This document shows positions 42,101 to 52,650 of a stretch of DNA of 64,000 nt, piece after piece. The position numbers and the translations under genes are program-made. This stretch comes from Antedon mediterranea. Taxonomy: Eukaryota > Animalia > Echinodermata. The stretch is from contig NC_092675.1 of the NCBI RefSeq assembly GCF_964355755.1, forward strand, positions 31,634,885 to 31,698,884. Direction: 5' to 3'. The stretch's first letter is position 1. Each line of letters starts with the position of its first letter. The notes beneath the pieces were generated by a model. That model saw only the letters and a program-made list of their open reading frames with translations. It had not been told where the DNA came from and did not search any database.

Positions 42101-43098
42101 TTGCATATATGTATAATAATGTTTTTTTTTCCTTTATATAACTTTAATTTTGCATGCCACTATTATAACCATTTTTATATGTTAAATAGATTAGAAAAAA
42201 AAGGGAAACAGAGGGATGTAATAAAACGATATACTTTTATATTTAAGAAATCGACCTTTGTATCAGAATTTAAATAGGTTCACAAACTTGACCCAGAAAG
42301 TCCAGAGGAGAGTTTGTCCAGATGTTTTAATGACCATTTAGTTTATAATAGAATCCCTAAAGAAAACACTTAGCTTAATTTTGTGACCTTTCCCATCGTT
42401 AAACCAGGAGTGATTGACACTATTTAAGTACAGATTTGACAGTGTCATCCATCACAGAAATACCTTATTATACCGTTAATCACTCCCACTTAAACACCCC
42501 TGGACCAACTTAGGACCAATCAGTAACCTCTAAGATTACGTAGTGACATATGCAAATGAACCGAGGGCCAATATACTCCCAAGTTTCAGAAGGGCCCAGA
42601 CACACCTTACAGCCACTTCACGGAACACACACCTTACAGCCACTTCACGGAACATCTACACCTCACAGCCACTTCTTCAGAAGAACATCTACACCTTACA
42701 GCCACTTCTTCAGAAACAGACCTACACACTTCACACCTCACCGACAGCATCATTGATCGTCCGTTCCTTATCTATACTTATAGTTGTATATTGTACTGAA
42801 GTATTATACTGAATAAACAATATAATATGTGTTACGACAGTCAAGCGAGTCAGAGTCTTCATTAGTACCTCAACAACGCAACATTATATTACAATAAATA
42901 CATCCTTATTCACATTGTACTTAAACTTGAATTTTATAGTTTTGGAAGACTCCAAGAGATAAGAGAAGACTCCAAGACTCCAAGAGAAGACTCCAAGAGA
43001 AGACTCCAAGAGATAAGAGAATCAAGAAACTGAAAAACCAATACGAGGATTATCCAGCTTCAGCTGATGAAAATAAAATTACAGAAACGTTGGCATAG
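33178..43098 (+). CDS. Organic anion transporting polypeptide (SLCO/OATP family)
   Basis: Exons 33178-33784, 33961-34299, 34565-34729, 35164-35371, 35690-35843, 36023-36198, 36436-36500, 36691-36884 and an inferred last exon 42940-43098. Motifs ISTLEKQF, OATP signature DPTWLGAWWLG, Kazal-like CSC...PVCGADGVTYLSPCHAGC, GACLIYD. Confidence 0.9.
36960..37601 (-). repeat. Left LTR-like unit (642 bp, oriented outward)
   Basis: On minus, the purine tract AGAAGAAGAAAAAAAGGGAAACAGAGGGA (37602-37630) directly precedes TGTAATATAACG. The unit ends CATTATATTACA with AATAAA ~70 nt before the end. Confidence 0.8.
37952..38782 (-). CDS. 276-aa protein with C-terminal RING-like zinc finger (element cargo)
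   Basis: Intact ATG-initiated intronless ORF containing CQIC-x19-CC-x4-H-x2-C-x10-CLNC. Confidence 0.65.
   Translation of the reverse strand: MTPLSTECALIKKIILYQSEQNVILHITKTMPFTLDSLKRVLLFLCDIRPADQLTNLKLNTLLHIGSYLCCFDKMSSPIIDYIWKHKSEPALLDFSTIDLSINLDGIATCIPNTHAFHRQHIYSMTLLLLAITKDIKAPQCTTFFSRVRQQTGIIPQDELKPSEHSPFGYVVTKYKKKLHSHIRNMQYLENKYQDTPCQICQCNPEIKNFHTDCTINKCCGTFFHKNCQQISFNKKYQCLNCGMVYLNEIPYTTTYMLDIPWSAFRFYRLLYKPTD
39000..39156. promoter_or_regulatory. Candidate divergent promoter between the RING and integrase ORFs
   Basis: TATATATATATA at ~39063-39074 and ATTGG (reverse CCAAT) at ~39082 and 39121, in a locally GC-richer patch between head-to-head ATGs. Confidence 0.4.
39157..41313 (+). 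CDS. Stand-alone Ty3/gypsy-type DDE integrase (718 aa)
   Basis: H-x6-H-x29-C-x2-C zinc finger. D (LSLDF), D (LISDA) and E (QVER) with 34 residues between the second D and E. SPYELVFGR and a GPY/F-like WVGPLVI. In-frame TAG at 39142 just upstream of acaATG. Confidence 0.93.
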   Translation: MNIYQTNAHRSPPIITPPIVTPPPIRNVNIRQPPEERLVDKNKQSKDTTHRNVPVELYTSPKPLVPNITEFKSAHIPKQQDLDRLIDVIQRKIIRDYNLPVDVKQLRVEQETSPFFKPVYDYLAHDILPADKKAARAVQNKSEQYILCNGLLFRLFFQDKGGEFVLQLAVPENLSETIISQYHDNLLSSHQGTMRTYLTIRKLFYMPLMFEKVNNYTQACLRCQQFRPKTDKLRPLHDRVPATYRPFHTLSLDFKSMPTSPSGFKHIMVVCDEITRFLICVPLKSIDAETICEALIQKVISIFGPPSRLISDAATSLTGKLLTLLCNTLNIDRKIISVHNHGSLQVERHIRTVSDLLKVNLNQFGTDWVRFVSTTCYAYNSFSSPHLGNHSPYELVFGRQLPSLTSLAFNPISGLSHSYEEYFEHLKKKFQNISQTMLQLQRTQQNVQNSKISQRLEKSPIYSVGQLVYLYKPTSSSLTANSKKIAAEWVGPLVIHEVLDRTHYILATIKGEILRDVFNYKRLKPCFMRTPKERKNFTHLQKLKQLLNEPTDDNNEKIQNTINVVNDETNVEHDRTPAQLQSDTLTHPTKIEPLNLQPYIDCVENNMGLAAPFQMKEEQIKEQTNLIMTAPNDSNMILNRGRFKAGHFQVLVSYSKPTSAERNTDKTKHESNDRKFWWNIDRYNDTDKLIKEIINDKQIPISGSPKRFIKRLYNATNY
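42217..42893 (+). repeat. Right LTR-like unit (677 bp, oriented outward)
   Basis: Purine tract AGAAAAAAAAGGGAAACAGAGGGA (42193-42216) directly precedes TGTAATAAAACG. CCAAT at 42516, octamer ATGCAAAT at 42550, short tandem repeats ~42600-42740, AATAAA at 42812, and an end of CATTATATTACA. Confidence 0.8.
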
Positions 43099-43451
43099 CT
43101 TGTTTTCTATTCACATATTGATGCAATTATTCAAAATTTATAATAAACAAATGCTTGTATAAGTATAGCAAATATTATTAATTAACTTCTTCCTCATTAT
43201 AAAACTTATCGATATTATAATTACACTAATAAATATTAATAACAAATGATATAACTATGATGTAGTGATTCAATGTATTCAAAATTAGAACGTTCTAATT
43301 AATTTGCTTTGGATGCGAAACGTATCGGGTGATGGTGATAATACAATTTTACACACAATTATTTTTAAATCATTTATACATTGGAAATTTTGGAAACAAT
43401 TTAACAAATTGAATATGGTGAATGTAAGAAACAAATGAACTAGATGTATTA

Positions 43452-43605
43452 GAAAACAAGTGAAGGTTGTTAATTTAATTATATTACAGCTACTGTATTC
43501 GGCCAAAGACATCCAACGCCTACAACGTGAAAACAAGTGAAGGTTGTTAATTTAATTATATTACAGCTACTGTATTCGGCCAAAGACATCCAACGCCTAC
43601 AACGT
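43452..43605. repeat. ~78 bp direct tandem duplication
   Basis: GAAAACAAGTGAAGGTTG...CCTACAACGT present twice. Confidence 0.85.
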
Positions 43606-45358
43606 TTAAAGCTCGCAAGTTCGACTCTTTCAAAAACTATCACTGCAGCTTCACATTATTTCTGACCGTCTTCGCTCATCCAATGATATATTCACCCTTT
43701 AAGTGCCTAAAACAAACTTGGCAAATTTCATTTTCATTGGACATTTTTTGGCGGTGGATCTTTCTCTTGGAATTTATTACCTCATTCGTCATCGTTAAAA
43801 CAATAAATTATTAATCTGTTCTTAAAACTCACCTTTTTTATTCTTTGGCTTTTTCTAAAGTTTGTGCCGGTCAACACGCTACACTTAAATTTTGATGTTG
43901 TTAACATTTAGGGCCTACATTAGAAGATTGTTCAAATCATGTAAAACAATTTCCGGGCGGGAACCTTTTAGTTTGCAAAAGTAATCTCGAAAAGAACTCC
44001 ATGTGGAAAAGAAGTCCACCCAAGAGTACTAAAATGAAGGAGCACATGGTCTTCTTTTTGAAAAGCCTGTGGTACTGGTAAGGCCTTATAGTACTGAGGC
44101 AGGGAGAGCACATTTAACATCTTTTTTTATTTTGATTTTGTTAATCAATGTTGCTACATTGGTAGCAAATGTCCGATTTATGCAAGATGTTGTATTTTAA
44201 TATGTTATGAATAAACGTTTATGGTAGTTGGTGTGTATGGCCGCACCATCCCAGAATAAAAACATGTTTTAAACAGATAGTTTGTCTCCGATGGTTTTTG
44301 TATGCGGTTAATGTTTTTATTTTTTAGTTTTTATTTTTTTATTTTTTATGTTTTTATTTTTTTGAATGCGCCTTGAGCACTCTTGAGTGGTATGTGCGCT
44401 ATAAAAATCCTGTTATTATTATTATTATTATTAATGGAGAGTGAAATAAGATCAAATATAGAACATTTGCAAAGATGCCGATTTCTAGACGAATTTTCGA
44501 AGCTTAGACTAATTCCGTCGCCGCATAGGCATATACGAAGTGGAGTTTTTAAAGTAAATAACCTCACCTAAAATTTTAAAGTCGCATCTGGATAGTTGAA
44601 ATTTTAAATCATAATTATCATAGGTGTATGTAATAAGTATAAGTGCAATTCTGGGCTCTATTTCATTTAGCTCTGCCCCAACAATGGTGGGTTAGTAGGC
44701 CTATTGGAGACTTAATATTTAATTTCATATTTCAATGAATAGGTGCGCTTTCCGGGGAGAAGCTCTGGCTACTCTTTGGGAAGTAGGCCTAGAGTGTACT
44801 ACTCTACACGTCCAGTGATTCCATGATGAAAGAGGGCGCTGTCAAATTATTTAATTCAAAACAACAACAACAACGACGAGAATTCGTAATTATACCAAAG
44901 AACTTATAACACAAGAATCTCCTGTTCGTCCGAAGCGCGTAACAATTTCGAAAGGCATTGTGGGATAGAATAGAGCTATGGGTGGCGCCATTGTGAGCCA
45001 TGGAGTAGGGCGCCCGCTTCAAATTAGAAAGTCAAAATCATAGAGGGGATCTGCTAATGCTCTAGGGTGGAGTAGAGTAATTGACTGAGGAGTAGTGCGC
45101 CCGCATCAAATTAGAAAGTCAAAATCATAGAGGGGATCTGCTAATACTCTAGTGGGGGGGAGGGGGGGGGGGGGGGGGTAGAGTAATTGACTTCCTAGTT
45201 TGGAGGGGGCGCTGCTCCATGATGTGAAATGGCGTCGCCCAGTTTGACCTTTTAACCCTGTACTTCCGATACTGTGTTTCGAATGCAAATTGAAGAACAG
45301 GAGATTCTTGTGTTATAAGTTTAGGCTAGGGGCTAATTAGTATTACTATACTATTAAA

Positions 45359-48300
45359 ATGGAAGAAGGTGGCAGAAAACGGTTTAAATTTTTAAAACTT
45401 GATAAACAATGTGTCTTTACTACTGATAAAAATGTTATTGAACTCTTTCAGAAGTGGTGAGTCTCGAATCACAAATCGGTTATTATTAATTATAATTATT
45501 TGTTGCATCTAATTCTAGGCTAAGGCCCTAGCTAGTAGGCCTAGGGGCGCTAATGCAGTTTCGTACCCACCCCTTAAAATTACTCAAAATCTTCATCCAA
45601 CCTACTCACGAGTTGTCCGCCCTGGTCCAGTGGATCAAATTTAGCACCAGTGGAGCACACAGTAGTGATATAAAATAGAAATAAGTCACTAAATTTATTA
45701 TCTTTTCGTATGTTAATACACTGTGTTGTGCTCAAGTGAACACAATTTGGAGCCAGTGGAGCACAGTGATATAAAATTATAAATAGAAACAAGTCACTGA
45801 ATGTTAATTATTTTGCTGGCGTATTTATTTTCGTATTTTAATACACTGTGTTCAAGTGGACCCAATTTGGCACGCGCGCCCAGAGGAGCACAGTGATATA
45901 AAATAGAAAAAGTCACTGCATTTTAATATATTTTCATATTTTAATACACTGTGCTTTAAGTGGACCCAATTTGGTGCCAGGGGAGCACAGTTATATAAAA
46001 TAGAAATAAGTTACTGAATTTTAAAATCTTTTCAAATGTTAATACACTGTGCTCAAGTGGACCCAATTTGGAGCCAGTGGAGCACAGTGATATAAAATAG
46101 AAACAAGTCACTGCATTTTTTTAATATCTTATGTATGTTAATACACTAAAAATGACTTTTCAATGTTTCATTTTAGTATTCTTTATTTTTTTGCATAAAA
46201 AAGAAAGGGACTGTAAATTATAAACTTAATATCTTTTATAGTATTCAATTAGATCATAGTTCAAGAATTTAGATTTTCACTCCAATTAAGTATCCAGTAC
46301 ATGGTGACTAAGTTGTTCCATCCAACCCAATATATTTATAGAAAAGACAACTTCAAAGAAAATGTCACTTAGAAGGGACACAGCCCAAGGCTATTAAGTA
46401 CATTTTTTTGTATCTTTATGTATGCCTACCTATATCCAGTGAACATGATGTTAACATTAAATATTCTCATCCCTAATGTGGGATTTTAACGCGTTTCTAA
46501 TTATACCAATCAGTTCCAGAGTTTTGGACAATTTTGGGGTAAGGAACACAAATATCTGTAAGTGCAGTTTTACTTGCTCATAATTTTTGGTATCAATGTA
46601 TAAAGCAGTGTCTCTTTATTTTTATGTAAGTTGATTGTAATTTAGATAATTAATGACATCACATAAAGACATTGGTTATGTTTTTTAAAGATTTATTGTC
46701 CCCCAAAAACAAGAAAAATGAAGATTAATTATAATTTTTTTTTTATTCCCCAATGTTTTTTGCCTTTTATTTTATCCATTTACACAAGGTAGGTCCATAG
46801 AATATATAATCAAAAACAATCCCTCAGGATGTATCCTCTTTTGTGGATTTAGAGGCTATCCCTGGAATCATACAAATGCATGTTTTTTCTATGTTTGTTT
46901 TCTTTTTATGTATGGTATCAAATCAATTTGTAAGTTATTTCTTTCGTCTATGTGGATTGTTATGTGTTTCTTTTAATTTCATCAGCTAATTTGTACATGC
47001 ATGTCAAAATAGAAGTGACGAAATGCCTGAAACCACAATGAATAACTCGCCGGGTAGATTTTTCTATGCACAAGTTTAAAATGAAAAAATATACTTTAAA
47101 TTATAGGGGTGTAAAGATGCTTATTCAACACTATAACTATGATCAGATGTTTCAAACTTACATGAAAGATGATTTTATGAAGGTAACTTGTTCATTGATC
47201 AATCTTCTTCTCATTCTATTTTAATTTTGTTTATTCACATGGATTCTAGTCAGCAATTCAGCTTGACGTGGTTGTTGACTGATTTCAGCAAGCTGTACCG
47301 ATTTAGCCAAATATGTCATGTTTTGTCATTCTTTGCATCGTGCAAACAGTTCAAAACATGCACTGAATGCACTTGTGGCAAATTTTAACACTAAGCCCTA
47401 AATTATGTCTCGTCTTTCATTGTGGTATTCTGAATAATTATTTTACATTATATAAAGTTCTGGTTTTACACTTTACTGCATATTATATTTTTCCTTAAAC
47501 CTAAACAGAAAATAAGCCATAATATGCAGTTTGGACAACCTCTGTATCTACGTACGTGTGTAAAATACTACATCATACATTCTTTGTTGACGTCAATACC
47601 ATACGTGATATTAATTGTTGATGCGTTTCAACGTGCGGATTGCATTTCACATGTTTATAATTTATTTGATGAAAATCGAATAAAAGTTTATTTTAGACAG
47701 TTATTAAAACAAATGAATTATTATTATTATTATATCAAAATTTATAAAGCGTCAATTCAAAGACCGAGGTACAAAATCAAAGGCGCTGGGCATGTTAGTG
47801 GTCGAAAAAATGAGTTTTGAGCAATTTTTTAAATAAGGCAACAGAAGAGCAGTGTTTAATTTGTGGGGGGAGTGAATTCCAGAGTGTGGGTGCAGCAAAA
47901 GAAAACGATCTATGACCAAAGGTTTTAGTGGCTATGCGTGGAACAGAGAGTAAAAAATCATCAGATGATCTAAGAGTTCGTCCAGGAACATAAAAGGCGA
48001 TTAATTGACGGATGTAAGCAGGTTGGTTGAAAAGAAGTGCTTTAAAAGTAAGGAGCAAGATTTTTCGTTGAGTGGAGAGACTATTCCATTCAATGCTCTA
48101 TTTTACCCGGCTCCACCTCATTAAATAGTCATAATTCATCATTGTATACCACAAACTATCTACTGTAGCACGTTTTTTTTTCAGGAGTTTTTTGAAGATT
48201 CAAATGTCACAGACACCTTAAACATTTTAAACAGCAGTGGTGTTGCTACAAACTTTGGTAGGTTAATCATTTATTTGATACAAATTATATAATTAACTAA

Positions 48301-51300
48301 TAGATTACTTTAAAATCATTAAAAAAACCAGGTCATTCTTATTGTTAAATATACGAGGAAATATAGAAAATATATATGTACTACCAAACAGTTTATGATG
48401 AATGATATCTCGTTAATGCTTATCTGGCCATTTAAAAAAAATAGCAACCATTTACGTCTATTAAAGATGTATTGTCCACCTGAAAAAATAATTTGGAGTG
48501 GAGCTGTAGCTTGGTGGTTAACGTGCTTGCCTTCCAATCCCAAGGTCCCGGGTTCAATCCTGACCTGGTCCCGGGTTCAATCCTGACCTAGTGCAGGGTT
48601 GTAACTCATGACTCTTTCAACTCCACTCCCTAAGCCTCAAATGAGACTTAGTTTATAAGCACGATAAATTATTAAATAGTTTATTCATCCTGTAGTTGGT
48701 GAGTTACTCGCTGTTGGATGAGTATGAATAAAAAAAAAAAAAAGTCAAATTGGATGCCAGCCAATGTGTTTTTGGTTGAATTTAACCATTTATTTTGTCA
48801 TTTTCAAAAAAGTGAAAACATTATTAAGTGATTAACTTTATTTAAACTACAAAATAACATATTCTGTCTGATTCAATTCTGATTTAATTAATCTTAATTT
48901 TTCATGTTTTGGGGGACAATACATCTTTAACTTATCTAAAAATCTCTATTATTTACTTTAAATCCAAAGACAAATCACTGAAAAAATGAAAATGCTTTGG
49001 CTACCAACTTGATGTGCCTTGTTAAAAATAGAGCAGTCAATTTTTTAACTCATGAAATATTCTCACCATCATCATAAACATTCATTATTTGTATTTGCAT
49101 GTAATATGACCCACAACCATCCAATCAAATGACAGGAATTTATTTATGTTATAATAAGTGATATTTAAAAAAAAACAATAGGTGACATTTTATATTTTCA
49201 TCAATCCCTCTATTAAAGAATTTGACATAAAGAATTTGAAACTATCATTCATAAATTTTTAGCTAAATTTCTAATTATGTTTGTGGTGTTTAGAATTAAC
49301 ACATGGTGTACCACAAAGATTACATGTCAGTCAAGTTTGAGGCCGTGCTGGCTTGAATTTCCCAATTATTTGATATTTAATTCAATGATGAAAACTAGAC
49401 AAAAACTTAAAGGAGCCATGTTACAGTATTGTTAACATACTTTGTTGTTTTACAGCTACGAATGTAGTTAGAGTGGAATGCAGCCCAGTACCCTGTTTTT
49501 ATACTAGTATGTCATTTTTTGATAGACTACAGAAAGAGTCAATTGTAAGGGAAAATGGAAGTATTGCCAAATGTTTAGACGAGTTTTATGAAGGCTTTAC
49601 AATTGCTGATGAACTAAGAAAGGTTGGTAGAAAATAATTCGCCCCTGGACTCCACCTCGGTGGCTCCCTTGCTCTCAGCCAATTAGAAGGGAGAACAAGT
49701 GCAGTGTTCACCACCACGCATAAATTGTTTATATTTATTTTTTCTTTTAAACACCACCCTTACTCAAATGATGGTGAGAGCACTGATAATGAATATATTC
49801 TGTTTTTTAATGTGCAATATATAATATCGAAAAGAGATATTTTTTTAGATGCTGCTTGTAGAAGACTCTGATAACTATGAGATCTACACTGATCAAGAGA
49901 GAGATGAGTTTCTATTTCGTCTTCTGAAACTAATTTGCCTTGGTGGCCCAGTGTGTCAATATGAAGATAACATAATGCCATATTTTGATACTATAAAAGC
50001 ATTATATAAAAATTTGATAAGGTAAATTTGATTGTTTGAAGTACAGTTTATTTTATTGTAGAAAAATAGTAAATTATAAACTGATACTCTTTAATAAATA
50101 TAGTGTGTGTTAAAATGTTAAACTCGTGAAGAAATAAGTACATTATTATTTCTGAATGATAAAACTATAATATTACTGTATCACCAAAAAGCTTTCTACT
50201 TGTTTTTACAAATTAATTGTGAATTAATAGTACAGGATGTTTTATTGTTCATTCATAGTGTTCAAAAGGATAGCAAAGAGCTTCTCGTGTCTTCAATTGT
50301 ATATAGATTCAAAGGATTTGTAAGTATATAATATTAAATTACTAATATTATCTTAGTTCCTGAATTAACTGTAGGATTTCAAAACAAATCCTGTTTTATA
50401 ACAAAGACATTTAGTGAAATGATGAGGCCAATAATTATTTTATCAAGAAATAACTGTTTCTGCTGTAGCAAAATAAATATTATTATACAGTGTACAGTAC
50501 AGTATATTTTTGACAGCAGAATTCATAGAAAATATATATATATATATACTGTATATCACCAGGCGGTTTAGAATTAATGTTCTTTGCCTGCTGTGTTTAT
50601 ATAAAAGTATCTCTTCGGAGATCCCGCCTTGTGAATAAAAATAGTGAAAGATGAGGGCGTATCAATTTGATCTCTGTTGCGCGTGCGTACTACTGAGGAC
50701 TAGTGCAGTTCCGCCGTACCACGCCGAGAATGTTAAAGAATCGCTATCCAATCGAGTTCGAACAATACCATGAAAGCCCCAGTGGTCTAATGGTTAGGAC
50801 ATCTGCATATCAAGCAGGCGGTCCGAGTTCGAGTCTCGGTTTGGGCGACTTTTTCTCATTCTCACAGATTTCCTCATCTTTATCGTTTCAAATTAATTAA
50901 TTAAATTTTAGTATATCACTAGGCGGTTTAGAATTAATGTTCTTTGCCTGCTGTGTTTATATATATATACTGTATGAAATATATAATTTCCTCATCAAAC
51001 TTGTGGATAGACAATATTGGGGAAGGGACTTTTAATTAAAATAGAAAATGAAATTTAAATTATACTCTTTACCATGTTTATCGAGTAATTAAAAAATATA
51101 CAGGCTCACGAAAGCCAGTTTGAGTTAAAAGAAATATTTAAAAAAAAAGAAATATTGAATATAATGTAACTTTACATTTAGAAATTCTGATATTTTTTTT
51201 TATTTTAAAGGATAAGGATTGTATGCTAGTATTTCCAAGTAACGTAGAGCATGAGCAGAATGTAGCGTATGCCATTATTGACCCACTTAAGCGCCATGTG

Positions 51301-51339
51301 GCTATTCTACAACACAGATGGGTGGGGTCAGTCTGGTAA
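45359..51339 (+). CDS. CFAP300: Cilia- and flagella-associated protein 300 (C11orf70), 7 exons
   Basis: Exons 45359-45456, 47107-47182, 48185-48257, 49456-49622, 49849-50021, 50259-50319, 51211-51339. Recognised peptides: VPC..SMSFFDRL, KCLDEF..IADELRKMLLVEDSDNYE, EFLFRL..ICLGGPVCQYED, IIDPLKRH. Confidence 0.92.
45620..46147 (+). repeat. Short, more diverged array of the same ~120 bp satellite in CFAP300 intron 1
   Basis: About 4.5 units with CTCAAGTGGACCCAATTTGG...GAGCACAGTGATATAAAATAGAAA, in the same orientation as 1-1165. Confidence 0.9.
47717..48065 (-). mobile_element. L2-like LINE 3' end
   Basis: LLTFKAL...YVPGRTLRSSD...FGHRSFSFAAPTLWNSLP...FKKLLKTHFF followed by a (TAA)n tail. Confidence 0.85.
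48496..48743 (+). mobile_element. tRNA-derived SINE
   Basis: A-box TAGCTTGGTGG, B-box GGTTCAATCC (locally duplicated), CAACTCCACTCCC core, AATAAA and poly(A). Confidence 0.8.
50551..50965 (+). mobile_element. Direct-repeat-bounded tRNA-containing repeat in (TA)n
   Basis: ~52 bp direct repeats GTATATCAC(C/T)AGGCGGTTTAGAATTAATGTTCTTTGCCTGCTGTGTTTATATA at 50551 and 50911, with TA tracts on both sides. Confidence 0.65.
50776..50847 (+). tRNA. tRNA-like cloverleaf, anticodon ATC (Asp-type); probably repeat-derived
   Basis: Acceptor GCCCCAG/TTTGGGC (one mismatch), D arm GTCT/GGAC, anticodon arm TCTGC-ATATCAA-GCAGG, T arm CCGAG-TTCGAGT-CTCGG, and T5 at 50850-50854. Confidence 0.55.
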
Positions 51340-52052
51340 TGAAATTATGTTGGTGAGGTCAGTTTTTCAGTTACAGAAAGATTATGCTTATTGTAGCACA
51401 CCAGGTGCGGAATATTGCGCATAAAATAGTCAATGAACAGCAAAATGATACGCATCAGAGTTTATTTTAACTCTCCAATGATGGACATATTTTTGTAATT
51501 GACTGTTTGACGTATGAAGGTTTAAACTATATAAATCAAAATAGGAACAGTTCTACTAGTAAACAAAACAGTAATACATATATCAACAAAAGGATAAACA
51601 CTACTCTTATGGTATAAGTAAGGAAATACAGTTAGTAGTATCCAATAAACTTACATTTCTGGCTTTCAGGTGTATATAAATAATCCTATTAGATACAAGT
51701 ATTCAGCAAGGTAGTATCCAACAAGGTATAGCATTTAACTCCTACCTATAACACTACCCTAGACATAGACAAGAATTGTAAAAAAAAGAATCCTGTACTA
51801 TACTGTGTGCTAGGATTTTTTTTGGGAAAATATCCAAAAAATTAACTTTTTAAATTGTAATTATTATGCTATAATATTGCTAATCAAATAAAGATCGAAA
51901 CGTTGAATCATGGCTTTCCTTTCGTTATTTTGATTCAGTGTTATACTATTTAAACATAATCAGTGCTATTTTAGTTACTCTCTGATCTATAGAAAAGTGA
52001 AAAAATAATATCTTTATACATCCTAAGTATATGTATATATATATATCTCTAA

Positions 52053-52647
52053 GGCTGTGTTTATACAACACCCTAAATTTGAACACATCTTTAATTTTTA
52101 GCGTGTTGCACGGGCCGAGGTCAACCCCACAAAAACATTGTAGTTATACATTAAATCGTAATACCGTGTCATACCATAGTTCATAATCCTAAGTGTTTAT
52201 TAAGGATTTTAATAAAATGGATGATTTCATGTAAAATTTAGTTTATTCAGTTATTGATTTTTTAAATCTGCTTTTGAATTAAAAAAAAAATGTTTTAGAA
52301 TTAGGATAAAACTATGCTACATTTTGCCAAATTATGCCAACATTTGATTAGCATTAATGTCAAGTGCTAAATCAGTTAAAATATGCAAAAGCACAATCAT
52401 TTATTACTGTAGATTTGGTAAACATTTTCACAGCACATACTTATATTTAACGAGAGGTCAAAACAATACTCTGAGGACACCTTCAACACGCCAACTGCAA
52501 CCGGGAATCCACACAATTTTAGGATTCAGCCAAGTAGCCTTTTTTGCAATTAAAATCTCATTACACGGAATCTCTTCGATGTTACACAACACACTTTTTG
52601 TAAGCGTGGTGAATATGCGTGTAATAGCATGTTGTATAAACGCGCCC
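52053..52647. mobile_element. PIF/Harbinger-type (Tourist-like) MITE
   Basis: TAA on both flanks. TIRs GGCTGTGTTTATACAACA vs GGGCGCGTTTATACAACA (reverse complement of the right end). Confidence 0.7.
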
Positions 52648-52650
52648 TAA

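Larger units (their letters stand above)
36960..42893. mobile_element. Integrase-encoding element with ~0.9 kb inverted arms made of PPT+LTR-like units (Ginger-like / inverted-LTR element)
   Basis: Termini TGTAATATAATG...CATTATATTACA. ATAA duplicated at 36956-36959 and 42894-42897. Arms ~36960-37834 and ~41991-42893. Two divergent internal ORFs. Confidence 0.85.

Noticed and set aside
36960-42893. Polinton/Maverick assignment (integrase plus long TIRs)
   Set aside because: No polB, ATPase or capsid ORFs. Termini are TGT with a 4-bp TSD rather than AG with a 6-bp TSD.
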